Positions 13,016 to 26,126 of a stretch of DNA of 63,679 bases are shown here, piece by piece. A program made the translations under genes and the position numbers. The stretch spans positions 18,702,570 through 18,766,248 of the forward strand of contig NC_069004.1 of the NCBI RefSeq assembly GCF_001194135.2, read 5' to 3'. A model generated the notes under the pieces. The model had not been told where the DNA came from and ran no database searches. It was given only the letters and a program-made list of their open reading frames with translations. Origin of the DNA: Octopus bimaculoides (Eukaryota). Each line of letters opens with the position of its first letter. Within the stretch, counting starts at the first letter, position 1.

Positions 13016-13375
13016 CAGAATGTAAATTTAGATATTGAAAGAGAAGACAAAAATATATTTTCTCCGTCTCTGTTGTTTAAATATTTTATCTTAGGAGATG
13101 CTCAAATAGAGATGGGGTAGAATTCAAACAAAGATGTAAAAACAGAAAAAGAAAAAAATGCAGAATACAAGTTTCCCAAACACCAGAGACAGGTTAGAAT
13201 TTAAGCTAAAGACAGCAAAGATATTCAAACAGCAGAGATGGAGTAGAATTTAAGCTAATATGCCATAACAGCAAGAGAAATGCAGAATGTAAACTAAGAC
13301 ATCTAAATGGTAGAAATGTGCAGAATTTAAGCTACAATACCCAAACTGTAGGGGAGGGGTGCAGAATTTAAGCTA
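13016..13375. repeat. Degenerate ~40-bp tandem satellite
   Basis: (C/T)AGAATTTAAGCTA-like core at 13016, 13118, 13161, 13195, 13244, 13283, 13321 and 13362. Confidence 0.8.
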
Positions 13376-14539
13376 GTATACGAAAATTATGAGAGAGAGA
13401 GCAGAGTGAGACTAGGTCATATTTGAAAGTACACAAGTTCTTTAAGCACCATAGAATGAACAGAAGCATCTTAAATGTTGCACACACCAATGCCACAAGC
13501 TGTAGCTTGACTGCAGCAAGCTCTCACTGCACAAGCATTCAGAGAGAGAGAGAGAGATTACAGGGAAGCAGAGGCAGACACACAGACAGACGGACAGACA
13601 CTTTAAGCAGCTACCTACATCTTCTTACAATCCCACCAGATGTCACTGCTGCACTGAGCAATCTCAAGTAGGTGTGCAAGTCTTCAGCCAGCATCACGTT
13701 GCAATATAAATAAAATAAATATATATATATATATATAAACCTACAGTTGGAAGACGAAATAAATACAAACATCCCACACGTTCACCTGTAGTTGTATTCC
13801 ACACACACACACACACACACAGATAATCAGAGAGACATCTAAACTTAGGCCTACAGTAACAGACCTACATAGAAACATAGACACATGCACACAGTCAAAC
13901 ACGTGTAGATATAAAGACACACACATATTTATGTAGGTGCTTACACAAATACACACAACCTGCACATACACCGACAGAGACATGCATACACAGCATCTAG
14001 TCAAAATACACATACATGTATAAACACATGTTCACACACAAACACACATCACTTAGTTTCCAAGTGACAGCTCAACCTGCTAGAAATAGCAGCCAAATAT
14101 TTGTCAAATCACAGCTGACTATCTTCAAAAAATGTATTCGGTAATGGGGTCTTTGATGCTTTATGCCTGAAAATAAGAAGGCATGGTCCTGGCGGGGTTG
14201 CTTATTATCTTATATCTGCTCAATCAAGGCTGACCTGGGGTTTAACAGTGACACACGGATACACATACACCTACAAAGAAATACAAACATACAGACAGTC
14301 ACACCAAAGAGCACACATGTACACACACACTCACACACTCCTTCACATTTAACATGAAGTATTGTCACTACAAAAGAAATAGAAGCTAAAATATTAATTA
14401 TTGACATTGACAGCTATGATATCTAACAGTGTGTGTGCATGTGTGTGTGTGCGTGCACGTGCGTGTTGGGAAAGTGAGGAAATTGTTGGTTGGGTGACAT
14501 TGTTTTGGGCAGGGCTATTTTAACAGTATTACAAGCCCC

Positions 14540-14785
14540 TGGGCTCTACATCATTTATTTATAGACAGCAAGCTACAGCACACATAGATTACAATTGGGT
14601 TCAAGACCTAGGAGCTCCAACTCATCCCCAGCAAATCAGTGCACTGGTCCCTAAATTATTTATTTATTGACAGCAAGCTAGCTATACCATACATAGATTA
14701 CAATTGGGTCCCTAGGTCTGTGAGGGCCCCCAGGCAACCCATTGCACTGGGCTCTACAGCATTTACTTATTGACAGCAAGCCACA
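14540..14785. repeat. Degenerate ~104-bp tandem repeat
   Basis: GACAGCAAGC at 14564, 14669 and 14772, with shared CATAGATTACAATTGGGT and CTGGGCTCTACA. A fourth remnant at about 15328 lies beyond the RTE insertion. Confidence 0.75.
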
Positions 14786-15310
14786 TCATCATCATCATCA
14801 CCACCATTTAACATCCCCTTTCCATGCTTGCATGGGTTAGATGGTTTAACTGGAACTGGCAAGTCGGAGAGCTGTACAAGGGTCCAGTCTGACTTTGGCT
14901 TGATTTCTACAGCTGAATGCCTTTCCTAATACCAACCACTCCGACAGTGTAGTGGGTGTCTTTTACATGTCACCAACATGGGTGCCACCAGCATGAATGC
15001 TGTTACAGATCACTAGCCACAGCCACAAATAAAATTTCACTTGGCTTGACGAGTCTTCTCAAGCACAGCAAATTGCCAAAGCCACGATCACTTGTCATCA
15101 CTTCTGTGAGACCCCACATTTGAAGATCATGCTTCACCACCTCATCCCATGTCTTCCTGGGTCTTTCCATAGGTTCCCTCCACAGTTAGAGATCGGAACT
15201 TCATTTATGCAGCTGTCCTCAACCATATGCATCCCATGAACATACCAGAGCAGTCATCTCTCTGGCACACCACATCTGTAGCCTCTAATGTCCAATTTTT
15301 CTCTCAAGAC
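14786..15310 (-). mobile_element. 5'-truncated RTE LINE 3' end with long 3' UTR and (GAT)n tail
   Basis: Minus strand encodes a degenerate LREKL.IRGIRC.VQERRLRWYGHV.RM.EDSC...GRPRKTW C-terminus, then a UTR ending ...GTTAAA(T)GATGATGAT. UTR-only copies at about 4850-4980, 10100-10300(-), 17500-17630, 33920-34192, 34860-34960(-), 38740-38870(-), 40440-40680(-), 56760-56840, 60513-60750 and 61960-62100. Confidence 0.85.
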
Positions 15311-15864
15311 GCTTACATTCTGTTACTGACAGCAAACCGCAGCATTCATAGTTTAGAATCGGATCCCTAGACCCATGAGGCCCTACCCCCCAGTACATGG
15401 CCAGCAAATTTGGGGGAAAGGGTAAGTCAATTGCATCAACGTTAGTGCTCAACTGGTACTTATTCTATCAATCCTGAAGGGAAGAAAGGCAAAGTCAACC
15501 TTGGTAGAATTTGAACTCAGAACACAAAGATGGATGAAATACCACTAAGCATTTTGCTTGGCATGCTAATGGTTCTGCCACCTCACCACCCTGGTAATGC
15601 TTAAATACCAACATTGTCTTGAATTAACCATGTATTATTTCGTTGCTTTGAGATGTTCATGTGATTGCTTATTTCAGAACAATATTGTAAGGTAGGTCTG
15701 AAAGGCCAGATCTGGCTGGTTTGAACATACAACAGGGAAAATATTTCACCAGGAAAAAGATTGCACCAGTTTAAATGCTAAAGGGTTAGGAAATGGACAA
15801 GCTTATTATCTGGGGATAAGAGGACAGTCATGTTTCTTGATCAATAGCTGTTCACCACTACCAG

Positions 15865-15904
<40 letters not shown>

Positions 15905-16717
15905 GCTGCACTGGGCCTAAGTGGAAAATTTTATATCAATAGTTCTTGCACTAGGTGGCATCACCTGTTGTGGGTACTGTCAGCTCATAACGGGATGGCA
16001 AATGTCAAGGAATACACTGTAGAGCAATGGGATCCATATCAGATTTTGGGAGTCCACACAAGTAAAATAGTACACTGGGTCCACAGTAGTATTTTAAGGG
16101 TCCGTGAAAAAATGTTGTCTTAGCTGTATTTATCACAAGAAATAGCTAGGTTTCTTACTCTAATGTTTTCCATAGTTCAACCTATGGACTGTGAGATTAA
16201 CAAAATAGGAATTCTGAAAAGAAGTATCTATAAAACTAGTTTTTAAACATCAAATCGATCTGGTGCCCCACCAGAGTTAAAATAGTAATCAAAGGGGTCC
16301 GTAAGCAGAAAATGGTTCAGAACCACTTCTTGATTTTTCTCAGCAATAAAAACCTTAAACACTCAGGATTTAAATGAGCCATATCCAACCCAAATATTCT
16401 ATCCGTATTTACAGTCAAAGCGGCCAGATCTGGCCTCTCACACCTACCCAACAATATCCTTGTAGAAATAAACAAACACATGATCGAAATCTTTGAAGCT
16501 ACAGGATATTGCATGGTTTATTTAAAACAATCAGAATAAATAAGCATTACATTTGACAAGAGTAATCTGAACACAAAAGCGTTAAACCAGGTATGTTTTG
16601 AACACATTTTCAAAGTAATCTGTGCCACTGTTAAAATAAATAGGACATTGTGTTATCAGTGAACAAATTTACGACTTATGACATACAAAGGTCTAATAGA
16701 ATTTCATTATATATAGG

Positions 16718-17044
16718 CATATACATACATACACACATACACACACACACATATATATATACACACATACATATATACATATATATACATATACATATAT
16801 ACATATATATACATATACATATATACATATATATATATACATACATGCATACATATATATACATATGCACACATACAGATATATATATATATATACATAC
16901 ATATACACATGGCATACATAGGTATATATATACATACAAACATATATACATACATACATATATATATATACACACACATACATATACATATATATAAATA
17001 CATATACACATACATACACACACACATATATATATATACACGCA

Positions 17045-17088
<44 letters not shown>

Positions 17089-17170
17089 GACATATGTATA
17101 CATACATATATATACATACATATATACACACACATTATCTATATATAAATATAAATAACTATATATGTAT
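16718..17170. repeat. Cryptic (TA)n/(CA)n/(TACA)n low-complexity block
   Basis: Directly visible; source of the overlapping YI/HT/CV ORFs. Confidence 0.97.
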
Positions 17171-17929
17171 TTTTCTTTATGTCTTTTACTTGTTTCAGTC
17201 ATTGAACTGCAGCCACATTTGAGAACCACCTTGAAGGATTTAGTAGAACAAATCGACCCCAGTGCATATTTTTTTTAAGTCTGGTACTAATTCTATAAAT
17301 CTCTTTCGATGAACTCCTAGTTTTTGGGTGTGTAAACAAACCAATAATAGTTGTCAAGAGGTGGGAAGCAAGTTTCTGAACAACACAACCACATCTATAC
17401 AGTGTGTGGATGTTAGTGAGTTTTTGCCTTGGTATCATGTAATAGTTGTAAGCACATGCCACCACCATGCAAGTGGTGTCCTTTATTTCCAGTGTTTCAC
17501 AAAAATATGACCTTATTGGGAAACAGGTGATGGTTGGCAACGGGAAGAGCATCCAGCTAAAGAAAATCTGCCTCAACAAATTCTATGCAATCCATGCAAG
17601 CATTGAAAAGTGAACATTAAAAATGAATGACAATGACACAGAACGAGAGATAGATATCACCATGTCAACTCGACTATCAGATGTTGTCGTACACCTCTGG
17701 TCACAATGCACTTCCTTGCATTGTTGTAGCTTTTGAATGATGCCACCCTGCTTGCTTGCTAGAGAGGTAAGCTCACATTTCCCCTGAACAGAATGCCAGT
17801 CCATCCCAGGATTATCCATTTACAGCTGAGTGGACTGAAGAAATGTGAAATGAAGTGTTTTGTCCAAGAACACAACACATAACCCAGTCCAGGAATTTAA
17901 ACCACAATCTTGCACTTGTGAGTGCAACA

Positions 17930-17987
17930 CCCTAACCACTAACCCTAACCACTAACCCTAACCCTAACCACTAACCCTAACCATTAG
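17930..17987. repeat. Telomere-like CCCTAA/CCACTAA tract inside a SINE head
   Basis: CCCTAA x5 interleaved with CCACTAA x3. Confidence 0.9.
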
Positions 17988-19421
17988 GTCATGTGCCTTC
18001 ACTATATATTTTATGCTTTAATTGTTTCAGTCATTAGACTGCAGCCATTGCTTTGAAAGATTTTAGTGGAATGAATCGATCCCAGAACTTAATATTTTTG
18101 TCTTTATTTGCAAAGCCTGGTACTTATTCTATCAGTCTCTTTTGCTGAATTGCCAAGTTACGGGGGTATAAACATGCCAGCACTAGTTGGGGGACAAACA
18201 CGGACACAAAGACACATACACATATATGATTGGCTTCTTTTAGTTTCAGATTGGTCAGCCTGAGTTTAGAGTACAAGGCACTTGCTCAGGGTGCCATGCC
18301 TACGCCTATATATAAAGGGGTAGAGACTCCCTTCAGTCATGAATGACCATGCGATTACACCTAGAAAGTTCCCCTCCGAGGCACAAGTCCAGGCAAGGTT
18401 GTTTATGGAAGACCAGCAGTCACCCATGCATTCTAGTCTAGCCTCTCCATGCCATTGATGTTATCCAAGGGAAAGGCAAAGGCTGATACAGCTTGGCACC
18501 AGTGACGTCACAGCTCATTTCTACAGCTGAGTGAACTGGAGCAACGTGAAATAAAGTGTCTTGCTCGAGAACACAACACATAGCTAGGTCTGGGAATTGA
18601 ACTCATTACCTCATGATTGTGAGCCTGATGCTCTAACCACTGAACCATGCACCTTCACCTTTGTCTGTGTGTGTGTGTGTACATTGACGCTTGTCAGTTA
18701 TAATGGGTGTTCCAGTTGATCTGATTGAGGCAACAGCCTGCCCATAAAATCAAGAGGCAAGCAGCTGAGTATTCCACAGACATGCATACCCTTAACATAG
18801 TTCTCAGGGAGATTCAGCATGACAGAGAGTGTGCCAAGGCCGGCCTGCTGAAATACGGATGTTACTCATTTCTGCCAGTGTTGAATGGACTGGAGCATAA
18901 TGAAATAACATGTCTTACTCAAGGACACAACGCTCCACCAGGAATTGAACCCACGACCTTAGAATGGTGAGCCAAATACCCTAACCAATAAGCCAGACGT
19001 CCAAACTGCTAGAAATAGCAAATTTCCATCAAATCACATCGGACACTGGATGAGATGAATGTATTGAGAAATGATGGGGGGGGGGGNNNNNNNNNNGCAA
19101 ATGGATGGGCAGCGGTGGCAGTGGGGAGGATCAGATGAAGAATTTACCTTTGTTACACACACACCCACTGCGAAAAGGTGAGTGGTTGCTGTGAAGAACT
19201 TAACAATGGCAAAGACTTTGGTAAGGAACCTACTCAAGGTTGTTTAATAACCTTAGACAGCCTTCTTGTAGAACATTTTACTGTCAAAGACGTCATTGTA
19301 GTAAGTTACGTATGTGTTTTATTTTGAATGTGTGTATGTGTATGTGAGTGGAAATATGTACACATATGTCTGCGTGTGTGTGTGTGTGTGTGTGTGTGTA
19401 TAAATATATATATATATACAT

Positions 19422-19458
<37 letters not shown>

Positions 19459-19583
19459 ATCATTATAGCAGACAGTCAGCCAAACATGTAAGGGTGGTAG
19501 ATAGCTGTATAATGAAAAATATCTAGCTACTTTAAACCAACTACTGAAGTAGTTGGTTACTGTGGCCAAAGCTTACAGGAAAC

Positions 19584-19623
<40 letters not shown>

Positions 19624-19863
19624 ACAACAACACAGCAGCACCAGCAGCGTTCATAACAGTAGTTCTGCTATGTAACCACTGCAAAGTTGGCTAAAGACCA
19701 AGCATGAGGGAACCTGAATAATAGGTTTGGTAGTGGTGGTGGTGGTGGTGGTGGTGGTGGTTGTGCAGGTGGTGGTAGAGAGGTGTGTTGGTCTGGCACT
19801 GTGCCATCAGCTTATTTTAGAGAAGAACTGTGTAATGATGAACAATGAAACTGAAACCACTTC

Positions 19864-19980
19864 AGCCAATCAGGAAGCTTCTAGTTTGGCAGCTGAGTTT
19901 GAACAATATATCAACCAATCAGAACGCCTCTAGTTAAGCAGTTCAATCTGGGCAAATGCAACCAAACAATCAGAGCAGCT
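19864..19980. promoter_or_regulatory. Triple CCAAT(-like) box cluster in a ~50-bp degenerate repeat
   Basis: AGCCAATCAG (19864), AACCAATCAG (19913), AACAATCAG (19965), with CAGCTG E-boxes nearby; function untested. Confidence 0.35.
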
Positions 19981-20078
19981 GTAATACACAAGTTTTGTCT
20001 AGGCCAAAGATCTACATCTTCTTTCAATAATGGCTCACTTTTGATTTTCTCGCATATGCCCATGACCATCATCTGTAT

Positions 20079-20270
20079 CAGTATTTCTCAAACTTTTGTG
20101 TCGTGACCCATTTTATTTTTCTGGCGACCTACAGTATGAAAAACGCTGGTTAATATTCTGTACTTTGCACCCACTAGCATCTTTTTTTCTTTGCTTCTTT
20201 TGTGTCGTGACCCATTTTATTTATCTGGCGACCTATTGAAGGGTCGGAACCCACAGTTCGAAAAATGCTG
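20079..20270. mobile_element. Small hAT-like MITE with internal duplication
   Basis: TIRs CAGTATTTCTCAAAC / GTTCGAAAAATGCTG; flanks atctgtat / acctatat (6/8 match); ~38-bp internal direct repeat at 20094 and 20198. Confidence 0.6.
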
Positions 20271-20765
20271 ACCTATATATAATATCATATCTTACTTATA
20301 AAATTATACCTGCATATTCCTCATTACACTCACTGGTAATGCTTGTAGAAGCACATCATGACACCAAGGACTAGAAGCCATCAAATGTCCTCAACTGCAT
20401 AAAATCTCTGAAAAAGGTTTATAAAAGTTTCATAGGCTTTGTGCTAAGAAGCTTGCATCCTAACCACATAGTCCTGGGTTCAGTCCACTGTGTGACACCT
20501 TGAGCAAGTGTCTTCTACTATAGCCACAGGCCAACCAAAGCCTTGTGAGTGGATTTGGTAGATGAGAACTGAAAGAAGCCCATTGTATATGTGTGTCTGT
20601 CTGTGTTTGTCCCTGTAACTCAGGGACTCGGCAAAAGAGATCAATAGAAAAAAAGTACTGTGGTTGATTTATTTGACTAAAAATTCTTCAGTGTGGTGCT
20701 CCAACATGGCCGCAGTCTAATGACTGAAACATGTAAAAGATAAAAGAAGATCCATAGAGGGCTAC

Positions 20766-20894
20766 CTTGGGAGTCCAGTTGTGAGCTGCAACCAATCTGT
20801 AGCCAATCTCTAATCTAGGAAATACAATGTAGACAACTGGAGAAGCACAAGTTTGGCTTTTCAGTTTGAACAAGTTCAGTCGATCAGATAAAGC
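20766..20894 (-). CDS. Candidate internal coding exon, 129 nt, phase 0/0 (ALSDRLNLFKLKSQTCASPVVYIVFPRLEIGYRLVAAHNWTPK)
   Basis: ggctaatccattttcag acceptor and AAG|gtagcc donor. Only one open frame, length divisible by 3, unique sequence between repeats. Confidence 0.4.
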
Positions 20895-21241
20895 CTGAAA
20901 ATGGATTAGCCAACCAGGAACCAAAAGTCATCCAGAATAAACCAAAATAGACAATCTAGCCAAGTGGGAGAGCCTCTATGTTAGCAATTCTCACTTTGGA
21001 GGCTGCAGATCAGTGGTGGTCTACAGAAGTGGGATGGGGAAACTGAGAGTTGTGTTCAACTTCTGAAAAAGCTGCTGTATAAAATGTCTAATTAATCAGT
21101 TTTATATAATCATTCAGTTACATAGAGTGCTCAATTAAGAGGTGAAACTGGGAAAAGTTTGTTGTTATTTAATAAAATTGGCTTATTAGGATCAAGAGAA
21201 CTTTCAAAAGTTTGGAGCCCCAAGAGAAAATTATTTTAAAT

Positions 21242-21491
21242 CAGTGGCTCTCAACTAGAGTCCATATGGCCTTTGGTGGGGTCCATACAAGATTTTGTTG
21301 TTAAAATTTATGTCCAAAAACTTCTACAATACACAAAATATTTTAATTTTTTTTATACAATTCCTAATAATATTTAATTACAAAAATACAATAGGAATTT
21401 TTCTGTATATACACTGAATGGCCATGAGAGTCCAGTAAAGTAAAATAGGAATCAAAGAGGTCCATAGGCAAAAAATGGTTGAGAAACACTG
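21242..21491 (+). mobile_element. hAT (Charlie-like) MITE with perfect 8-bp TSD
   Basis: TIR CAGTGGCTCTCAAC / GTTGAGAAACACTG; TSD TTTTAAAT at 21234-21241 and 21492-21499. Other copies at about 16030-16330, 24880-25080(-), 27570-27810, 42543-42787(-), 54700-54870 (truncated) and 55783-56035. Confidence 0.9.
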
Positions 21492-23388
21492 TTTTAAATA
21501 ATGGAGTCCTGGCTAGGGAACAGTTTGGGTAACTCTATTCTATATAGTCTCAAGCTGCATGAAATAGCAAACCAAATTTCCTTCAATTCACACATTATCT
21601 TCAAAAGGGAATACATTGAACAATGTAGGACCTGGTATATAAATGGTCGGCTCAATGAAGATTGAGTAGAATTTAAACAGTAATAGAAATGTGTATTTGC
21701 CACCATTGTTTAGCCCTAAGTCTATTCCAACCAAGGTCAGACCTGTAACACTAAAAAAATTGTAATTTTTTTTGTCTTTAGTCAGTAAGCGTTTTCTTAT
21801 TTGCTTCTATTTAGAAATCAAAGGAAATGACTACTATTCCCTTTAAACTTTGCTTTTGTGACTCAGACACTCATGCTTTTAAACTGACATATATTCCATT
21901 GCATTTCAATCAGAATCAGTGTTGAGTTGCTGAAGCAGAAATATCATTATAGCAAATATTCTGCTCCATACCACAGATTTGCTTGTCACTTGCATGACCT
22001 TAACTACTTGAGCATATCCCATAGTGGCTGACAATATGTGCATCTCTGATCACAATCAGGAGTAGTGGTGATGCATCATAGCCATGTGTTGAGAGGGATT
22101 CTTTGGGGTTTGAATAAATGTAAGAAAGAAAAAAATTTGAAGGAAATATTTAGCCATTTATCATACTTTCTAGGGGTAAGCAAATAGGAAATAACAGTTG
22201 CTACCCAAAGACAAAAATTGTGTTATACAGTGAAGCTGTTCTAGCCATACCCATACACTCTTTTGGTCTCTTTAAAAGTTAGAGCATGAGTAATACAACT
22301 GAAAGTTGTCACGTCTTAACATACCATCTATCTCTGATGTAAAAAAAAAAAGGACAAAAATATGTTACAACAGCAACAACAACAACATCATCGTTTAGTA
22401 ATGGAATCAGTACGAAGTTAATGGTTACCAACAAACATTTTTACCATTCCTGCTGGTTAACATATCAAAATTTTCAAAGATATTTTAATGAGATTAGCAA
22501 ATTCTTGGCATTGATATGGAATTAAGACACACACACACACACACAAAATATACTGATGTAAGAAAAGAAAGAAAAAAAAAAACAGCCACTATGAGACATT
22601 ATGTTGTGACGTTCATTAATTCTGATGAGATATTAATTAAGTCTAGACCTGTGTGTGTGTGTGTGCACATGCATGTATGTGTCTCTTGCGTTTTAGAAAA
22701 GCTATGGGCCCTGCCTCACTTATTCAAACTAAATAACAAACATCTGCTACAAGTCAATCTTTTCCCTATTTCACAGCAGCATCTGGGGTTTGGGGGCCTT
22801 CAGCAGAGACCACTCTGTTACAAACAAGTGTCCAAACCAAGTTTTCAGTGTTAGGACAGCTCATACAAAGTAGTTTATTCTTCCCTTTTTCCTCCATTTA
22901 TCTTAGAGACCCTGTAATTAAGTTCTATGCACTGCACTTCCTCCTCTACGAAATCATCAACATCAACATCATCACTATCACAAAAATGCAAGCATAGCTG
23001 AGTGGTTAAGAAGCTTGCTTTTTCAACCATGTGATTTTGAGTTCAGTCCCACTGTGCTCACGTTGAGCAAGTGTCTTTTACTACGGCCCCAGAATGACCA
23101 ATACCTTATGAGTGGATTTTGCAGATGGAAATTGTGTGGAAGCTCATCATACATACGTGTGTGTGTGTACATGTTTTGGATTATGTGCTTGTCACCTCAC
23201 TGATTGACAAGCAGTATTGGTTTGTCTACATTCCCATAACTTAGTGCTTCAGCAAAATGAATTAATAGAATTGCTAGTACTTAAGAATAAGTACTGGGAT
23301 TGAATTGTTTTTTGACTAAAACATTCAGCCACAGTTCAGTGACTGAAACAAGTAAAAGATAAATGATAGTATATTTTTTTTCAACATA

Positions 23389-23786
23389 GTGGCTGTGTGG
23401 TAAGTAGCTTGCTTACCAACCACATGGTTCCGGGTTCAGTCCCACTGCGTGGCACCTTGGGCAAGTGTCTTCTACTATAGCCTCGGACCAACCAAAGCCT
23501 TGTGAGTGGATTTGGTAGATGGAAACTGAAAGAAGCCCGTTATATATATATGCATATGTATATATATATGTGTGTGTTTATGTGTCTGTGTTTGTCCCCC
23601 CCAACATCACTTGACAACCGATGCTGGTGTGTTTATGTCCCCGCAACTTAGCAGTTCGGCAAAAGAGACTGATAGAATAAGTACTAGGCTTATAGAGAAT
23701 AAGTCCTGGGGTCGATTTGCTCAACTAAAGGTGGTGCTCCAGCATGGCCGCAGTCAAATGACTGAAACAAGTAAAAGAGTTAAGAG
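23389..23786 (+). mobile_element. tRNA-headed SINE family A (full-length copy with an internal (TA)n(TG)n tract)
   Basis: Head TGGCTGTGTGGTAAG...GGGTTCAGTCCC (A/B boxes), CACCTTGGGCAAGTG core-like motif, tail (GTAAAAGA)n. Other copies: 8545-9155(-), 9165-9330, 12140-12925(-, spans gap), 17175-17400(-), 18015-18295(-), 20425-20745, 22995-23355, 25315-25635(-), 30075-30340(-), 39165-39350, 43090-43285(-), 45575-46083(-), 46205-46565(-), 47965-48135, 54067-54358, 54880-55280(-), 62410-62575(-). Confidence 0.9.
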
Positions 23787-24176
23787 TATGGGCAGTGCCC
23801 CAGTATGGCCACAGTCAAATGACTGAAGCAAGTAAGAGGTAAAAGTTAATGGAACAAAAAAACAGAGATGGTCATATATGGAACACCTTCGATCATAGAT
23901 TTGCTCAATCAGAAATTAAAAAGGGTTAAATAACAATAGAGACACCAACTAAGACAATTGGTTCACATGTCATTGACCCCCCAGGAAGGAATCAAAGACA
24001 AAGGCCAAACTGACCCTGCCAATACTTCAATACAGGAACGTAAATGGGATGTAACTAAATACCACAAGGAATTTAGTCTGGCATTTACCCATTTCTGCTG
24101 CTCCATCGATCCGAGAAAATAGATTTTGTCTGCCTCACTAAATCTTACAAGCTAAGTTGTTGTTATTGGTTACTAC

Positions 24177-24255
24177 CAACATGGAGCTCTGCCTGTATAT
24201 CTAGTTGAACTACTAATGGTGCTGCTGCTACATGCAAGCAGAACATGAAAGAAAA
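24177..24255 (-). CDS. Candidate 79-nt exon (frame unresolved)
   Basis: Very strong acceptor (ttttttattttattttgttgcag) and moderate donor TTG|gtagta. Two frames are open (FSFMFCLHVAAAPLVVQLDIQAELHV or FFHVLLACSSSTISSSTRYTGRAPC). Its phases do not join cleanly to the 20.8-kb exon. Confidence 0.22.
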
Positions 24256-26126
24256 CTGCAACAAAATAAAAATAAAAAAAGAGAGAGAGATAGAGCAAAA
24301 AAAATACAAAAGTTGGATTCCTTTCATGGAAAGTGTTTTGAAAAAATTCTTGAGAATTTTGTACTATGACAATACCAGAAATGAAAAGAAGTGTTAAGAG
24401 GAACATTGTTATGAAGATTCTGGACTGAAGACAGAATGAAGAATTTTACTGGCAGATCATGTCTAACAGCCACACACACACACACAGGTACAAAAAGAAA
24501 AGCATGAGATAGAGAAGACAGGTCACCAGACAGGAAACCTTGCAAGGGGACCTTAAGTTTATTAACAGACAATGGGAATACACAATCAATGGAGGACACT
24601 AAATAGCTGCGCAAGTCCTGCAAGTCAGAATGACTGTTCCAGCACATCTCCCAGCCATCTTCCAGGGCAATGCCTTTTCCATTTTATTGGTTGGGACCAT
24701 GGGGTAGACTGAATTACAGGAAATTCTATGTTCCACTCCTTATTCCTAATAATATCAAAATAATGTGTACTCAATGCTAGCAGGGACTGACTGAGTCAAG
24801 GAGGAAAGGGGAGACAACCATGAACTCCAGTTTGGTTATATTTTCAGTGCTTGTTAAGTTGGGCAACAAATTATCCTCTAACCCAATGTTCCTCAGGCTG
24901 ACTCCCATAGCAATTCAATATCTAAAAAATCCTATTAAATATTATTAGAAATTGTATTAAAAAAAATGAATGTTAAAATATTTTGTGTATAACCAATTTA
25001 TTGCAGATAAATTTTAACAAGAAAATCTTATATGGATCTTTAAGAGTCATATGGACCCCAATTGAGAACCTCTGCTCTAACCAGACTTGAGATCCAAATA
25101 TTTACAAAATAGTCTATTAAAGGTACGGACAAACCATGTGGTTGTGTTAAACTAGATTAAGAAAACCCATGATGAAAGACATTCCAAATGTGATCATCCA
25201 CTCTGTTTTCTATGCGCAGGAAACCTAGGACCATATAATCTGATATAGATCATGATCAGAGGAAAATTTGGCTGTTATTTCTAGCACATTGAATACCTAT
25301 CTTTTAACTTTTAGTTGTTTCAATCAGTGGACTTTGGTTATCCTGGGGTACTACTTTGAAAGGTTTAACCAAACAACCCTAAAAGTCATTTTTTACCAAA
25401 CTGCTAAGTTATGAGGATATAAACAAACCAACACCATACGATGGTGGGGGAGGGCAAAGACAAACACAAAGATACATACACACCTACATATATGACAAGT
25501 TTCTTTCCATCAACCAAATCCACTCAAAGGCTTTGTTCAGCCGAAGGCTGAAGACACTTAGCCAAGGTGCAATGCAGTGGAACTGAACCCAGAACCATGA
25601 GGTTAGGAAGCAAACTTATTACCATACAGCCACACCTGTTCCTGTCCACGCAGCTCAATTACAATTGCATATTATTAAGACAGATGATACTTCTCACTTG
25701 CAATATCTCCTTTGTATATTCTCGGATGAAAAAGCAAAAACAGGAGAAAGAACATCTGACTCATCTCTTTCTCATGGTACCTTTCAACAGTTGGCTGAAC
25801 TGTGCCTACCTAGTGGTATCTGCTTACAGATAGATGGACTGTGCTTACCACATTTACGATTCCATACCTAATTTCTATGTGTTTATTATTTACAACTGTG
25901 GATCATCCCATGGCTGTATCCATTCAAAGTTACATGGGATGGAACTGAAGTGCTAATATGTAATGAGTGACTTGTCTAAGAACACACTGCAAAAACTGTC
26001 TCAGTGATATAAAGTGAATCTCCAACCATTCAGAACCTCCCACACCAACTCTTCTCCAACTCAACTTAATGCTCTACTCAAATGAGTGACTCATGTTGAC
26101 TTCCATCTTGAAGAGTAGGAACTAAC

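Noticed and set aside
13016-13375. CRISPR-like appearance (also 3842-4028 and 41812-42450)
   Set aside because: Eukaryotic context, short degenerate repeats, spacers related to each other or microsatellite, and no cas genes.
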